Source of the DNA: Trichosphaerium sp. ATCC 40318
Taxonomy: Eukaryota > Protista > Tubulinea
Assembly: GCA_038496445.1 (NCBI GenBank)
Contig: JALMLS010000232.1
Span: 1 to 64,000 of the forward strand
Reading direction: 5' to 3'
DNA length: 64,000 bases
Position numbers and translations under genes: made by a program. Under the pieces are notes generated by a model. That model had not been told where the DNA came from. It did no database searches and worked only from the letters and a program-made list of their open reading frames with translations. Numbering within the stretch: position 1 is the stretch's first letter; the number at the start of each line of letters is the position of its first letter. This document shows, in pieces, positions 12,502 to 25,368 of this stretch.

Positions 12502-13728
12502 CTACGAACATGGTCCTATAACATCAAAGTCCGTATTTCTACTACTTACAGCAATAAGACCGCCATCAGATATGGAAACACCATAAAGCGCAACTGTTGA
12601 ATCAACGTAAGAGAAGCTGACGCTCCATAAGTTGTCGCCATTTGTTGCATTAACAGCGCGAAGATAGCCATTATAAGAGTCTCCATAAAGTACAATACCA
12701 TTACTTGTAACAACAGGAGGCAGGAACGAAGCACTAGTACCTGTATTTTTCCACAAAATTGTCTGAGTTTTTATATCAATTTTAGCAGATCCAAATCCAG
12801 TAACGATGATACCTCCATTATTGTCTGATGCTACACCACCCATGAAACAACCAAAAGGCATATCTACATTAAGCTTTACAGCGCCAGTAAGAGCATCAAA
12901 CCCGAAAACAGCAGAAGCATGGTTGATACCAGTGTAAGTTTGAATAACTAATCCGTTTTCTTCATTCTCAACAAAAATCGGTGCATTGACAGGTGCCAAG
13001 GGACTCTGTGTCGTTGTGTTCCACAAGAGATTTCCCTTTAAATCTACAGCTGCTGTCACAGTAAAGTACTTTTTTTGAAATTGAGTGTTAGTGAACAGTA
13101 CACTGCTGAATACGATACTGTTTTGTTTAGTTAATGAAGCAACTGTAGAAGATCTACAAAATTCGTCTTTTCCGCCAACTCCAAACCGCCACAACTCCTT
13201 TCCAGACCCTGAATCATAACCAACTATACCGCAACCAGTTCCAAGTACAATGACTCTATCATCTTGTGTTAGAAGGACGCTTTGGCCTGAGACTTGAGTT
13301 GACCACATTTCCTCTCCTGTTGAAGAGTCGATGGCGTAAAGTGTAGAATCTAGTGTAGCATACACTACTTTACCATTTAAAGATAACGTAGGGGATATAG
13401 GGCCTCCATAGTTGTTGCTGTTACCTTTTCCTTTAAACTCCCATAAAGGCTCTTCTTGGTTCTTTAAATCATACTTGACGCATGGATAAGCATTTAACGT
13501 TGCGTATAGTTCTCCAGTAGCCGAGAATGTCGTTGCTCCTCTGACATACGGGCTTTTTGGCGCTTTCCATACTTTGCAGCCTTTGTTTGAAGGTACTGAA
13601 GCTGTTGAATATCCGCTACGATAAGATGACCCACCCATTGTTCTCCAGTTAGCTAATACTGTTCCTATTGAAAGAAACAACAATATATAAAATAACACGT
13701 GAGTTGTCATTATTTGGAATAGTGTCAA
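12502..13728 (-). CDS. Secreted PQQ-like (BamB-type) beta-propeller protein, intronless
   Basis: Signal peptide, NWRTMGG..RSG, and repeats LYAIDSSTGEEMWS, GYDSGSGKELWRF, LRAVNATNGDNLWS. Confidence 0.85.
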   Translation of the reverse strand: MTLFQIMTTHVLFYILLFLSIGTVLANWRTMGGSSYRSGYSTASVPSNKGCKVWKAPKSPYVRGATTFSATGELYATLNAYPCVKYDLKNQEEPLWEFKGKGNSNNYGGPISPTLSLNGKVVYATLDSTLYAIDSSTGEEMWSTQVSGQSVLLTQDDRVIVLGTGCGIVGYDSGSGKELWRFGVGGKDEFCRSSTVASLTKQNSIVFSSVLFTNTQFQKKYFTVTAAVDLKGNLLWNTTTQSPLAPVNAPIFVENEENGLVIQTYTGINHASAVFGFDALTGAVKLNVDMPFGCFMGGVASDNNGGIIVTGFGSAKIDIKTQTILWKNTGTSASFLPPVVTSNGIVLYGDSYNGYLRAVNATNGDNLWSVSFSYVDSTVALYGVSISDGGLIAVSSRNTDFDVIGPCS

Positions 13729-13942
13729 GAATTGAAACGTCGACCTCTTTCTTTTTTAGGTTTTTTTTCGTAAAAAGGTGGGAAGCTTTTTGCGTTACAC
13801 AGTTTATAAGAACAAATGTGAGCGAGATGAATTCGTTTCGTACACAGTACAGGTTATGTCAAATATATTTGTAAAAGTCAACCCGGTTAAGGTGGCTACA
13901 AAGCTTCTTAGTCGGTTAACTATCAGCTATATAAATGGGTCG

Positions 13943-13995
13943 GCATTTGACCTGAAATAACGCTAAGTCAATTTAGCGTTAAGCTACTTCAAAGT
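13943..13995 (+). mobile_element. Solo or degenerate end of the MITE family found at 23439 and 38578
   Basis: ATTTGACCTGAAATAACGCTA is identical to the MITE TIR, followed by about 25 nt of weak similarity. No partner TIR seen. Confidence 0.65.
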
Positions 13996-14497
13996 TTTGG
14001 AAAGCTTGCCTTCTATCAAGTTTGTTTATAGATCCACTAACTCAAGTGGCTGGACAATCATTGGAAATCAATTTACAAAACTGCGAAGCTTATGTATGGA
14101 GACATAACTTATTCTTGTGGATCTAGCTAATCACCATTCTCTAGAATGGAAAGCCAGCCGCTATTGATGATTTCGGTCAACTATTGTAGTTGGTAATCAT
14201 CGATGCAAGGTTACAAGTATGTTAGCACTGCCAGTTTCAGTTTGCTGCATGCTGCAGATTGCCAGGTTTTTTCAATTTGGTTTTTTTAGCTGTACAAATT
14301 GCACATAAATACCTCGCTTATCAATCAAACGCCTAAAATACGATTACTAATGTTATACTTGTAATAAAATTTCTTGTGGTTTGGGAGCACTAAGTCGCTG
14401 CTTGCTGTCAAAAGCGCTCGGGTGTTTAGGTGACAATTAATTAAGCAGAATAGTGTGATTAAGTTTATTTAGTATACATTTTTGTTTTTGAGTGCAA

Positions 14498-14992
14498 TTA
14501 CATTGCCCATGACCTATCACGTATCATATCGTTCGCAGATGTAAGGTTATCATAGTCATTGTTGTCAGTTTCTAGGAAGGCTTCCAATGCTTGACTAAAG
14601 TGTGCATCTGCTTCTGTTCTTGTACTAGTTGGCGTATTGTACATTGTCTCATCCGGATAGTATCCTGGAGTTTTAGGTGTTCCGTAGTACGGACTTTGAG
14701 GTTCAAAATCAAAACTAGCCATTTGTATATCCATATAGCGCCCTGGAGTACGAGGCGTTGCAGGTGTTGTGATTTTTGGGCTGTACGGGATTTGAGGTTC
14801 AAAGTCTAGAGTATTCATAGATTCGTTTGCATTGCCTCCCGGTGAGACTACTGTTGCATGTATTGGGCTGTATGAGCTTTGTGAGGAAAACGAGAGACTT
14901 TCGTATGGTTCATCAGTATAACACCCTGGTGTCATTGGTGTTTGGATGAAATGGCTTTCAGGGGTTGAGCAGTTGTTGTATAGTGTTGTCAT
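14498..14992 (-). CDS. Hypothetical disordered S/T-P- and Tyr-rich protein, intronless
   Basis: 164-aa ORF with internal duplication DFEPQxPY...TPxTPGxY and many S/T-P sites. Confidence 0.6.
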   Translation of the reverse strand: MTTLYNNCSTPESHFIQTPMTPGCYTDEPYESLSFSSQSSYSPIHATVVSPGGNANESMNTLDFEPQIPYSPKITTPATPRTPGRYMDIQMASFDFEPQSPYYGTPKTPGYYPDETMYNTPTSTRTEADAHFSQALEAFLETDNNDYDNLTSANDMIRDRSWAM

Positions 14993-15614
14993 ATTGTTTT
15001 TGTTTAGAGGACTAGTTGTTACTGTTGTGTGGTTGAATAATAAATGAAAAAGATTTGCGTAGATTGATTTTGATCATGATTGATTTTGGGTTTTGGCATG
15101 CAAATACTAAACTCCTTGCAACTTCAATTCTTGCTATAAAATGGTTACCCTGGGGAGTTTGTTATTTGGGAAAGCCTGTTATTCGAGGTAGAACGATAAA
15201 AGAAGGGCGTAATCAATCTAGACTTGATTAATCGTGCTTACTTGCAACGAAATACAATGTCTTTATCCAGCACGTTGTTTGCTTACAAGGAACACAAAAT
15301 TGCATCTTTCAATCGTGATTGAAAACTGACAAAAAAAAGCGAAATTTCAGCGAGCCGTTTTCAATCATGTGAAGATTCAGCTGTACTCATCTCTCATGAG
15401 CGAACATACTTTTCACTCTACCTCATTTGCACATCATTGATTCCTAAGTGCTGTTCAAGAGGATTTTCGCTGACTATGATTTTATGAGGTTTCGCTACGA
15501 AAAACTTGAAAGATTATTAGATTACGACAAGAATTTTCAACTATTTATCAATCTTTAGTTAAACCCGGTTTTACGCCATAATATTAAACATACACAACAA
15601 CAACACCTCCTAAC

Positions 15615-16019
15615 ATGCTATCAAATAATATCAACGAAGCTCAACAAACAGAATTCCAAAACGCCTTCTTTGCAATTGCGCAGCGTATAACTATCCCTAA
15701 AACACTATTAATAATGAGGGAAAGGTCTGTGGCTGCAGTACAATCCGTTCACTGGTCGTTCATCCCCGACAAACTCAAACATTTATCAATCCTCGTCAGT
15801 TTCTGCTTAGACGATTACCTTGTATCTACTGTACCGAACGAGGATGGTGAGTTGGAATTTGATGTATCAGCAGTCGCGGTACACCGAGCTTACGAAATGG
15901 TTTTGTCGAAAGGTCCTTTCCCTGATCCGAAGCTATTCCCTCAGAACGTCCGCCGAGCATACGTGAACTATGCTAAAGAACTTGTAGACGCTACTTCTAG
16001 AGCGTCTAGGAGGTCTTGA
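15615..16019 (+). CDS. Hypothetical protein, intronless
   Basis: 134-aa ATG ORF after a CAA-rich leader, with AATAAA downstream. Divergent from the 14498 gene. Confidence 0.6.
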   Translation: MLSNNINEAQQTEFQNAFFAIAQRITIPKTLLIMRERSVAAVQSVHWSFIPDKLKHLSILVSFCLDDYLVSTVPNEDGELEFDVSAVAVHRAYEMVLSKGPFPDPKLFPQNVRRAYVNYAKELVDATSRASRRS

Positions 16020-16261
16020 GATGAGAAAGAACCAAAAAATTGTAATTGTAGTAAAAAATAAAAGAAAATCCTTATTTGTACATCGTCTTGTTTATTTATG
16101 ATACTGTCGTTTGAGGATTGGAAAGAATACGTATAGGTTAACAAGGACAAAGAGCAACGAACACATTGAAAACAGACAAGCTGAGTTTGAGAGTTTTTTT
16201 CGTGAGTTCACGATTAAAAAAAAGTTTCCAAAACTAGCTTGGTTCTACTTCATATCTTTTA

Positions 16262-19042
16262 TTATTTATGTATAGTCATTGTTCCAGCAGACCCTTTGAA
16301 TGACCTCTTACGACTATACGGGTTTACGGTGTCATGACAACAAGGTACAAGCCACAAAATCAAAACACCAACAACCACCTACAATATGTCACTCATTTTA
16401 CCTCGTTGCTTCCCTTACCAGAATGATTACACCTACTATACTACCAACAACGATAGGCCACCATCTTCTACTTTCGCATGTATTTCCAATTAGAATCACG
16501 TGCAACCTACACGTTTAATGAGACAAACATATCAAAACTAAGCGGTTTTTTTAAGCAAACCTTTGTCCATCGTATTCTTGAGATGCTTCTGAACACTCAT
16601 CAGCGCCTACTATTTCCAAACTTCCTTCAAGGCAAGAAGACTCAATAACTAGAATCCTAGTGTCTTCCACCACATTTACAGTAGATACATCTACTGTAAA
16701 ATTGCCTAGGGATACACATCCTAAAATAAAAAAATCACGTGTTTTTCTTTGACTAGTCTTGCTTTACCTCCAACTGATATGGTTGTGTTCCCATCTAGAA
16801 TTAAAGTAACTGACCCATAATTTATGAAGTCTCCAGCTATGGTTATGCTTTCATCGATGAGTAGTGTATCATTAACAGTAATATTTATGTTTGCATAGCA
16901 GTTTCGTTCGGCTACGATACAGCTATTTGTTGAAGGTTCTGTTGGACTTGCTGGCTCTGTTGGCATCGCTGGCTCTGTTGGCATTACTGGCTCCCCTGGA
17001 TTACTTGGCGCCATTGTACAGTTACCTATTGACTTGTTAACCTTTGGGCGCTTAATAGTATGTACCAGAGATAGAGTTTAGCTCTGGTGTTACTTTATTA
17101 ACAGCAAAATCACACTCATTTAGAGAAAGTATCACATAGTTATCAAACCCGACGGGATCTAGTTTACGTAAAAATCAACTTTTCAGAACTCACAGCAACA
17201 TACTGGGGCAACACATCGTATCTTCACACGGCGTCACGTCCGATAAAGTAGTTCCACATGATATATTTACAATACTCGTTGCTGTAATGAAGTTAATTTC
17301 ATACTTTTTTTGGCTCAAACATAGCCTTAATGAGACTTACCATTAGAAGTTACAAATCTTACGGTTATGCCATCTGTGTGACCAACAGAACATCCAATAT
17401 CGTTTCTTGGTGATGACCCGGTAGGTACTAGAAGATGCGTTAACAGGAGAAAGAACAAGTCGTTGTTGAAACATATTGCATGCTTTTGTAAAAAATGCTG
17501 CTTCTACGAAAAAGTTAGATGGATTTTTGATACAGTTCTTACGTCAATGTTAAGCTACCACTGGCCATGAATATAGATTCCCTGGCATTAATTAGTGCTA
17601 AACATATATAATAGCTGTACGTTGTAGAGCATGTACTACCAAGAAAGGCTGAGGATTCTATAGTGTATTGAGTTTCGCTGTAGATTATGCATCCTTTAAA
17701 CGGGTTAGTACTAGTTATTACATTTTATCTCAGTGCCTTCTCCTTCTCCAGATACTGTGTTATCAACAAATGCAGTATTAGATATTGTTACTTCATTGGT
17801 TCGATTACTGCTACGTATCACGCCAGTTTTGTAAGCACCTAAAGAAAAAAAAAAGATAAATAAAAAAAAGTACACAAAAGGTTGTGTAGTGTACACTGTG
17901 TTCCTGTTTCCATAAAGTTATTTTGAAATAAGCTACCTGTCATTGCGAACTACGAAATTGAGTTATTAAAACGGCTTTTTCTGAAAAAGTTTGATGTTAT
18001 TTACCTTTGTAAGACCGCTCGTAGAAATAATACCACCTTAAAAAAAACTGTTAATTTTTTTTCAATGTGCACTGACCAAGCAGCCCAACTATAAAACTTA
18101 TTTTTGTATTTTGGCGTTCACCAAAGCTTGGCTCATTTTTATCAAATATTGATGTCTAGTTTATTAGCACACTTTGAAAGTGAGCAAAGTTTGCCGTCAT
18201 CTGAAAAAAAAAAGCTTACCTTCGGCATTGCAGTCGGACATTGCTGCTCGTATTTCAACTCTGTTATCTTTGAATGTACAATTAACAAGATCAAGATTAC
18301 CTTCAGCTGCTGCTCTTAATACGTAACCGAAATTATTAACAGCAGTGATTCTTGCAGATACAAATTCGGTGTTACTAATCTCGCTGTTTCTATTTTAGAC
18401 AATAAAAAAGTTAGCAGTTAGGCTCTTAAACTTTTTGTCGTGCGCCATACGAATGAAGCAAGCTAAGAATTGTCGTTTCGGTATTGATGCCATCGAATTT
18501 ACAATTACTTTATATTTGGTTAGTTATTGCAATCGTAATATGAACCGTACTCTATTGTCAACTGCCCGATCTTCAAAAATTCAAGAGGACAACTGAAAAG
18601 AATATTTACAGCCATAAACGATTTTATATCATCGCTATCAATACGAACACGTTGTGATGGATTACATGTTACATGCGCTTTCTGATTGTATAGCACTTGT
18701 GATTGAGCATCGCCTGGAGTTTGGTTTTCAAAATTTTTTTTACTGTGGAGATTATTGGGGCTGCGTACCACTTATAATAGTCTTGTCTGTATTTAACCTA
18801 ACGCTATCTATAGTGTATGGACCAATACAAGGCGTCAAATATATATTAGTAGCGTTTAAAGATAGATAGCAAGTTAAATTAGTTTGACACGTGTGCTGAA
18901 GCGACGCAGTAACTATGGTGCCATTATTAAACAAATAACGGTAAGGTAAACCCTATATTGGTAGCGTACCATTAATACAGTCTACTCCATTGATTACACA
19001 AACTAACAAAAAGATAGCGCACGTCCAAGTGTAGTAACGCAT
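16262..19042 (-). CDS. Type I membrane surface protein (beta-helix-like ectodomain, PTEP linker, C-terminal TM), many exons
   Basis: Signal peptide MRYYTWTCAIFLLVCVINGVDC, Asn/Thr/Gly-rich beta-strand exons, PTEPA repeats, TM WWPIVVGSIVGVIILVVVGVLILWLV and a short basic tail. Confidence 0.72.
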
Positions 19043-19528
19043 GTTTTCGTGACAGTTTTTTTTTTTTGTTTTGGCAGTCAAATCTTCCGCTACTAGCGTT
19101 CATATAATTTACTCCTACAAGATGTCTGTATCTACAAAAGAAGCGCGTGTGTGCACCAGTAAAACAATTGTTCAATTTATAACTGCAAAGCCTGCTTGGT
19201 GTTTTTCTTATTCCCTGCCTGCAATAGCTGATACTCCTTACCTTTTTAAATACATGCAAACGGATAACAAATATCTTCCGGACAAAAAAGTCTTTTACTT
19301 GTTCCCATTTATGGGCGAAGTAATCTTTACCTATTACCTACCGTGTAAGCTGTGTTTGAATGTAATTAACTTTTCTGTCACGTGAGTTTTATGATTGGTG
19401 GCGGATTGATTGTCTTATGGATAACTCACTAATACCATCATTGCTCATCTAAGACTGCATTTTCTGAAAATACAACAAAGAGATTGTGCGGCTTTTTTTT
19501 GTTTAATTTAATAGTGTTACAATCAGGT

Positions 19529-22500
19529 TTATTGCTTACGTAAAGCTGATACGATAGTTCTAGCAGTAGGTCTCTTAGATGGGTCCATACGCCAACACAT
19601 TTTAAGAAGCTGAATGTGCTTGATACTTAGGTTTAAAGGAGGCAGCTTATTGTGTTTTCCTCCAAGTACTTGACCTATTATAGACTTTATAGAGGCATTA
19701 TCCTTCCATGGTTTCTCGCGCATGAGTATTTCCCAAAGCACAACACCATAACTAATACATGTGATTAACAGATGAGTAATGAAACAGCGCCATTATCAAT
19801 GCTGTTGCGCCGTTTTTGCTGCGACCGAAAAAGTTAAAAAAAAAAAGGATGTGTTGTACCTGTAAATATCGGTTTGTACTGTTAGTTGTTCGTTGTTTAT
19901 TTGCTCTGGTGATGCCCATAATATTGATTTTCTTGGGTCTGCTGTTATTATAGTTGATTCTCTTGTACGTGCTAATCCAAGATCACCTATCTTAGCAATG
20001 CCACCACGTCCAATCTGAAAGAAAAAGTGAGTTTTAAGTATAATTTTTTTTTGTTCAGTGTCATGTTTGGTAAAAAACTATCAATGAGGCGTAGTCATAT
20101 TAATGGTGTTGTATATTTTTTGTGTTAGAAAATTCAATTAATTGGTTTTGGCAGCAAATTAGAAGCTATTACTAAAGCAACAAAAAAAAGTTTTTTTTTT
20201 GACATTTGATTCATTCGGCGTACCAAAACGTTCATTGATTTGATATCCTTATGTACAGTATTATTTTCGTGAAGGTAACATAAACCTGCTGCAATATCAA
20301 GAGCAATAGTACTTCCTTGAATATCCCAATGTACTATAGGGTCATCATTATCAATAAGATGATAAAGATCACCCATCTCCAAAAATTCTGTTATAAAAAA
20401 AAGAGAATCTTTTTGTGCACAACCACCCATGTATAATACAATATTAGGATGACGTAATTTCATTAACATTTCCATCTCGTCTTTGAATTCTTGAATGAGT
20501 CTAAAAAAGATAGTTAGCGAGGATCTGGAAGAAGCACAAACAAAATCCAAAAAAAAATGCAAAAAGGCAGAAAGCAGAAAAAAAAAAGTGTTTGTTGTTC
20601 GTACTTTTGGTTACGTCCTTTTGAGCTTATAATTTTCTTCAATGCAACACGTGTACCTAACGTAATATTAAAGAAAGTTCTAAGTTTATACAGGGCGTAT
20701 TGCAGGATAATGACGAATTAAAAGACATTATAAACAAAAATTGTTACCTTTGTATTCAGTCAAGAAAACTTGACCAAAACCTCCTTGACCAAGCATGATA
20801 GGATCACCATCTTCGTCATTAACAAAAGTAATAGATTCCTCCTATAATTTCATCAGTATACAATTAGTGACCGATCTAGGAGCGTCAAAAAAACTACGTA
20901 CATCAATCTCCCAAAATCGTTGCATTTGATTATATAACCTCGTTTTTGCAATATTGTCTTCGTCCTGTAGTATGAGCGTTGGTATGTGCATGCTATTACC
21001 ACCTATAAATTTATTAGAATCGTATTGATAAAATACAAATCATGTCACGTGCCAATACCACCTTGTGCAATCTCTCCAGCTCCATATTTTATAGAGCGAA
21101 CGTATTCCTTTGCTCTTGTTGAATCTTCTTCATACAGTGTTCCAGGTGTATTCATAACGTCTACCAATAAGTTCCGTTTATTAATACGAACAACGTTCCA
21201 AGCATGTCCACAGTTATTGCGCTTAGAGAAACCCTTAAGAGAACATGTTATGAAGATTGTCTCATTTGAATAAAAATAGAAAGACGCACTCTTATCAAGC
21301 GACATGGCATGCCTAGTCTATCGGCGATGTACTTGTAAAGTGTGGCGCGATGTCTACATACACCATGCTTTATTTCTCCAATCAGAACAATATTCTTTCT
21401 ACGCTGACGGCGAGCAGCATTCAATTCAAAGCGACATTGTCTAAGTAAGGATTTTAGTATTTATATTTTTTGTTTTGTTTTTTATGCTCTTACGCTGGTA
21501 GATTATCAGGTCTTAGACCATAAAATGAGTCTACTAATTCTGCTAATTTAATAGCTTTGCTTTCAGGATCTTCAGTAAACAGGTCTGAAGCAGCATAACC
21601 TAAAAACGTCAGACTTTTCAATGAAATACAAAACAAAGAGAATTCTTCTGCCAAAAGAAGGTACCTAAAAATTGTACTAGATTTGAATCTAGCATTCTAT
21701 CAACTACTATAATTTCTCTTGTTGTTAAATCATCAAAAGCAAGACGTTTCAAATCAGCATTTCGACCTACAATGTCATGAGACAACTTTTTTAATGAGTA
21801 GAAAACCCAAACAAACCTGGGTCAACGAAGCCGTCTTCAATGATTTCATCGTAGTTGAGCGCATTTTTCTCTGCGTATATTGTTGAACTTGGGGCATCTG
21901 ATGTTATGTCCTTTTCTGTTATAGATAGAATAGATGACATAGGGCTGTTAGGTGTTGCTGGGGAGAGTGTAGACATTGACAACTTTGATCGAAGAAAAGC
22001 TTGTTCTGATTCTGGTGTTTTAAGGTAGTGCCTTTCTTCCATTTGTGAAGGCTAGCAAGTCGTTACTTAGATTATAAATACAGACTGCAAAAGAGTTGCT
22101 AGTTGTTTAACGTACAACTGGAGATTCGTGTAGAACGCTGTGTGAACCATTGGTTGGTGTTTTTGGTGACTCTGGTAGTTGTTTTTGTTTATCTTTTTTG
22201 GGTGTTGCATTTGTCATGATTTTATTTACTTTCCTCGGTAGTATCACTGTTGGTGGAGTACCATTAGGTACTGCATTTTCATCATTTACGGGTGTATGTG
22301 GAGAGTCAACATTAGGTGCACCAAGGACTACAGTTGGCGCTTTTAAGAAGTTAATTCGCATATACTACCTTGGTAATTTAGGTCTTACGTGTCGTTGGAA
22401 CGGTCCCACCCTTCAATAATTTTTTGATGTCATCGTGTCCGTATTTTTCAGCCAAATCGTAGCTAGTTAAATTGCCATACTTACACAAAATAAGCGAACG

Positions 22501-23334
22501 GCTTTGTGTCGACAAAAAGTGTTGATTTTTCTTGATGATATCAGTTTTTTACGTACTCTAGTCTTTAAAGACACATCAGCGCCTTTATCCAGAAGTAATT
22601 TCACACATCTGATATTGTCCTCAACAACGGCATAGTGAAGGGGTGTCATCTAGGAATGAATGTAAGTTTGACATTTGTAAAAAAATATCCATAAAAAAAC
22701 CAAAAAAAGAAGTTGAAGTTGAAAATAGTTTGTGGCTATCCAAAAAATCCAATAAAAATAATCGTACCAACTGCGATATTTGTAAGTATTTATCCACGGA
22801 AAATAAATGAACATCAAATAGTAGAACCACAAAAAAAAAAAAAAACTGTTTCTGATCATAAAATTTAGTTTAGCGTACACTCTATAAAAATGAGTTAGTT
22901 ATGGTAGAAGATGGCGTCAAAAAGGGTTTTAAGATTTTTTTGAAAATGGCGCTAGGATTTAAATGCGTACACTTAGAGCTGTCGACTTTTATAACATAAA
23001 CGAGTTAGTAAAACCATACATAACGCTACGAAGTGACGTACAGCCTAAATTGAGTTAGTTTAATTTTTTTTAGATTTAACTCTGTACCATCTAACAAAAA
23101 ATGAGTCTGTGGTAGTTCGTGTGTGCCAGGATGTATTAGTAAACGCTAAAATAAAAAAAGAACGCACATACTACGGTTATATCAGCTAAAAAGATGCTAA
23201 TAATAATATAGTACGTGGTATTCGTTTACTACGCTACTGTAGGAATCATCTTGTAACAGTCTTCGTAATTTCATTACATTGCCAACCTGTACTGTTTTAA
23301 CAAGTGACCTTACTTTCTCCTGTGTCGGTAACAT
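19529..23334 (-). CDS. Ankyrin + EDR1/CTR1-domain + TKL (Raf-like) protein kinase
   Basis: Ankyrin TPLHYAVVEDNIRCVKLLLDKGADVS. EDR1 domain GVCRHRATLYKYIADRLGMPCRLIRG..HAWNVV. Kinase motifs GQGGFGQV, VALK, HKDIKSMN, DLG, WASPE. Exon 1 is 23334-23215. Confidence 0.88.
22768..23170 (-). other. Microexon cluster: TAT (23170-23168), ATG (23090-23088), GCT (23044-23042), 15-nt TCGACAGCTCTAAGT (22985-22971), AGT (22881-22879), TTG (22770-22768)
   Basis: Each is flanked by an AG acceptor and a GTAC or GTGCGT donor, with CTAAC/CTGAT/CTTAC-type branch points upstream. All are phase 0. Confidence 0.75.
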
Positions 23335-23438
23335 CTTTTGATCAGGCTTTAAATACGGTTTTTGAAAAGCGCGGCAAGAAACACAAGTTGACTTAATTCA
23401 TAAAATTGTAGGAAATGTAATTCGCTCCGACGTTCAAT

Positions 23439-23671
23439 GGATTTGACCTGAAATAACGCTATTCTATTTTAACGTTTGCCTACTTTTTAAAAGGCCACTC
23501 CTGATTTGTAGCACGTGTGTGACTTTCTGCTCTTATGGCCATGTTAAGTACTGCATGAGGATACACTAATGAGTAGCTTGCAGAGTTGTAAAAGGCTACC
23601 TATGTTCACAAACCGTCCCGAAAAATCAGGCTTAGCGCTAACACAAAATAGCGTTACTTCAGGTCAAATCC
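23439..23671. mobile_element. MITE, about 233 bp, PIF/Harbinger (Tourist)-like
   Basis: TIRs GGATTTGACCTGAAATAACGCTATT ... AATAGCGTTACTTCAGGTCAAATCC and a 3-bp TSD AAT on both sides. Second copy at 38578. Confidence 0.88.
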
Positions 23672-24083
23672 AATAGCTGACAAGGTATTACATTTTGCTA
23701 TGATCTATCAGTAAGTCCAACCTTGTGTACAATTTTGGCCGTCAAATTCCTTTTTGCAATACTGTGCAAAACAAATTTCCTTTACTGTGTTATTGATGGG
23801 GTTTTTTCAAGTTTATTGTTGGCTTCCGTATGATCATTAAAGACCTAACAAATCAATTTTCTTGTTATAAGCAAACTCCTTTAGGCTCTAATAATATCAC
23901 CTAGAGGCTTTCATTTTGGTCTAAACAAGAAAGTTTACACCTCGTTACAACCCTAGGACACTAACACCTCTATGTAAACATCCAAAACATATGCACCCTT
24001 GTTCGCACGTGGTTGTTCAAACAAGGCAAATGGCAACAATAATAAGTGGTTGTTTATTGCTCTACACAATTCGTTACTGTCTC

Positions 24084-24851
24084 TCAGCGGTAGTCGTGTT
24101 CAAACCATAAGACACCAGCTATAAAACCGAATCTGTTGTAGCCAAGAACGAACTTGATGTTACAACTACAGCTCATAACATCAGCTACAAGATATGTATC
24201 CCTTACGCTGACATCATCCAGATTGCCTGAACAATAGCTCAATGTCTTTGGATCGAGGGGTGTAACCTTCTTGATAAAGTTCTTTTCTTTCATGCCGATA
24301 AGCTTTAGCAAGTGTTCGCCGGATGGAGGATGCTCTTTACTTTGTTCTGATCTCTTGTGGTTGCTGGTATGTAAAAAGCCAACAACTTCGTAGTCAATGT
24401 TATAACCATGGCCGAAAGAGAGTCCCTCCGTGTGTTCAAAGGATAGGAATTCTTTCAAAGATAACAGCGTGAAGAGCCTCTTTTTACAATCTCCAATATC
24501 ACTTGAGCATGTTGTGGGGTCCAGAAGAAGAGATGTTTCCTTTGGTACTAAAACTCTACACAACTTTTGTTCACGTGATTCCAATCGAACCAAGTTATGT
24601 TCAAAGTTACTCCCGTAACTAGTGTGGTGTGATATCTGCTTTTTAATCTCAATTTGCCATAATTGTATGTAATACGCTATCGTTGCTTGTGTAATGCTTT
24701 TAGAGATTGTATTTGACCGAAATGTAAGCGATACAGCCAAGCAAGCGGTAAGTGCTTCCAGGTCAGTTAATAAGACCTTTTTGAGTATCTCTTGTATAAT
24801 CTCTGGTGGTATTGATCCAAATGAATCAGCTACAGCCTCTTTTTTAGACAT
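24084..24851 (-). CDS. F-box-like protein with unknown C-terminal domain, intronless
   Basis: MSKKEAVADSFGSIPPEIIQEILKKV..ACLAVSLTFR F-box pattern. ATG at 24851. Confidence 0.7.
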   Translation of the reverse strand: MSKKEAVADSFGSIPPEIIQEILKKVLLTDLEALTACLAVSLTFRSNTISKSITQATIAYYIQLWQIEIKKQISHHTSYGSNFEHNLVRLESREQKLCRVLVPKETSLLLDPTTCSSDIGDCKKRLFTLLSLKEFLSFEHTEGLSFGHGYNIDYEVVGFLHTSNHKRSEQSKEHPPSGEHLLKLIGMKEKNFIKKVTPLDPKTLSYCSGNLDDVSVRDTYLVADVMSCSCNIKFVLGYNRFGFIAGVLWFEHDYR

Positions 24852-25368
24852 ACTGTTGAAATACACGTGATATAGGAAAAATTTCGGAAAAAACGAAGCA
24901 CACATGGTTGGAACTAGAACACTTAACTGCAACTTTTTATCCTCTTTCTCCGTGTTCAGTCATACCACTAGCAACAAATAGGTGTTGAAGATCTATTAAA
25001 GTATGTTCTATAAGATGCTGGAGTGCAGGTTCTCTGTAAACGGTTAAATACAAATCGATAATTTTGTTTGTATGTATCAACAAATTAACCAATTCAACAT
25101 TCATCACTCAAAGTTTTTCTTTTTTCGGTTTGAGAACACGTGATAAGATTCTACATGTTCGCGTATTTGGTTCTAGAAAGGTTGTACATTGCCATTGTGA
25201 AGAAAAACTTGTACTTTTGTTTATTTGGACGCGGTTTCCTACAACAGCAAATTTTTGTTTTTTTGTTTTTTTGATACCTTTGTTATCACGTGATATTTTA
25301 AGTTATCGTATTTCTACAAGATTTATTTGTCTTAGTCGCAGCCTTGTACCCAAAACAGGGACGACATT

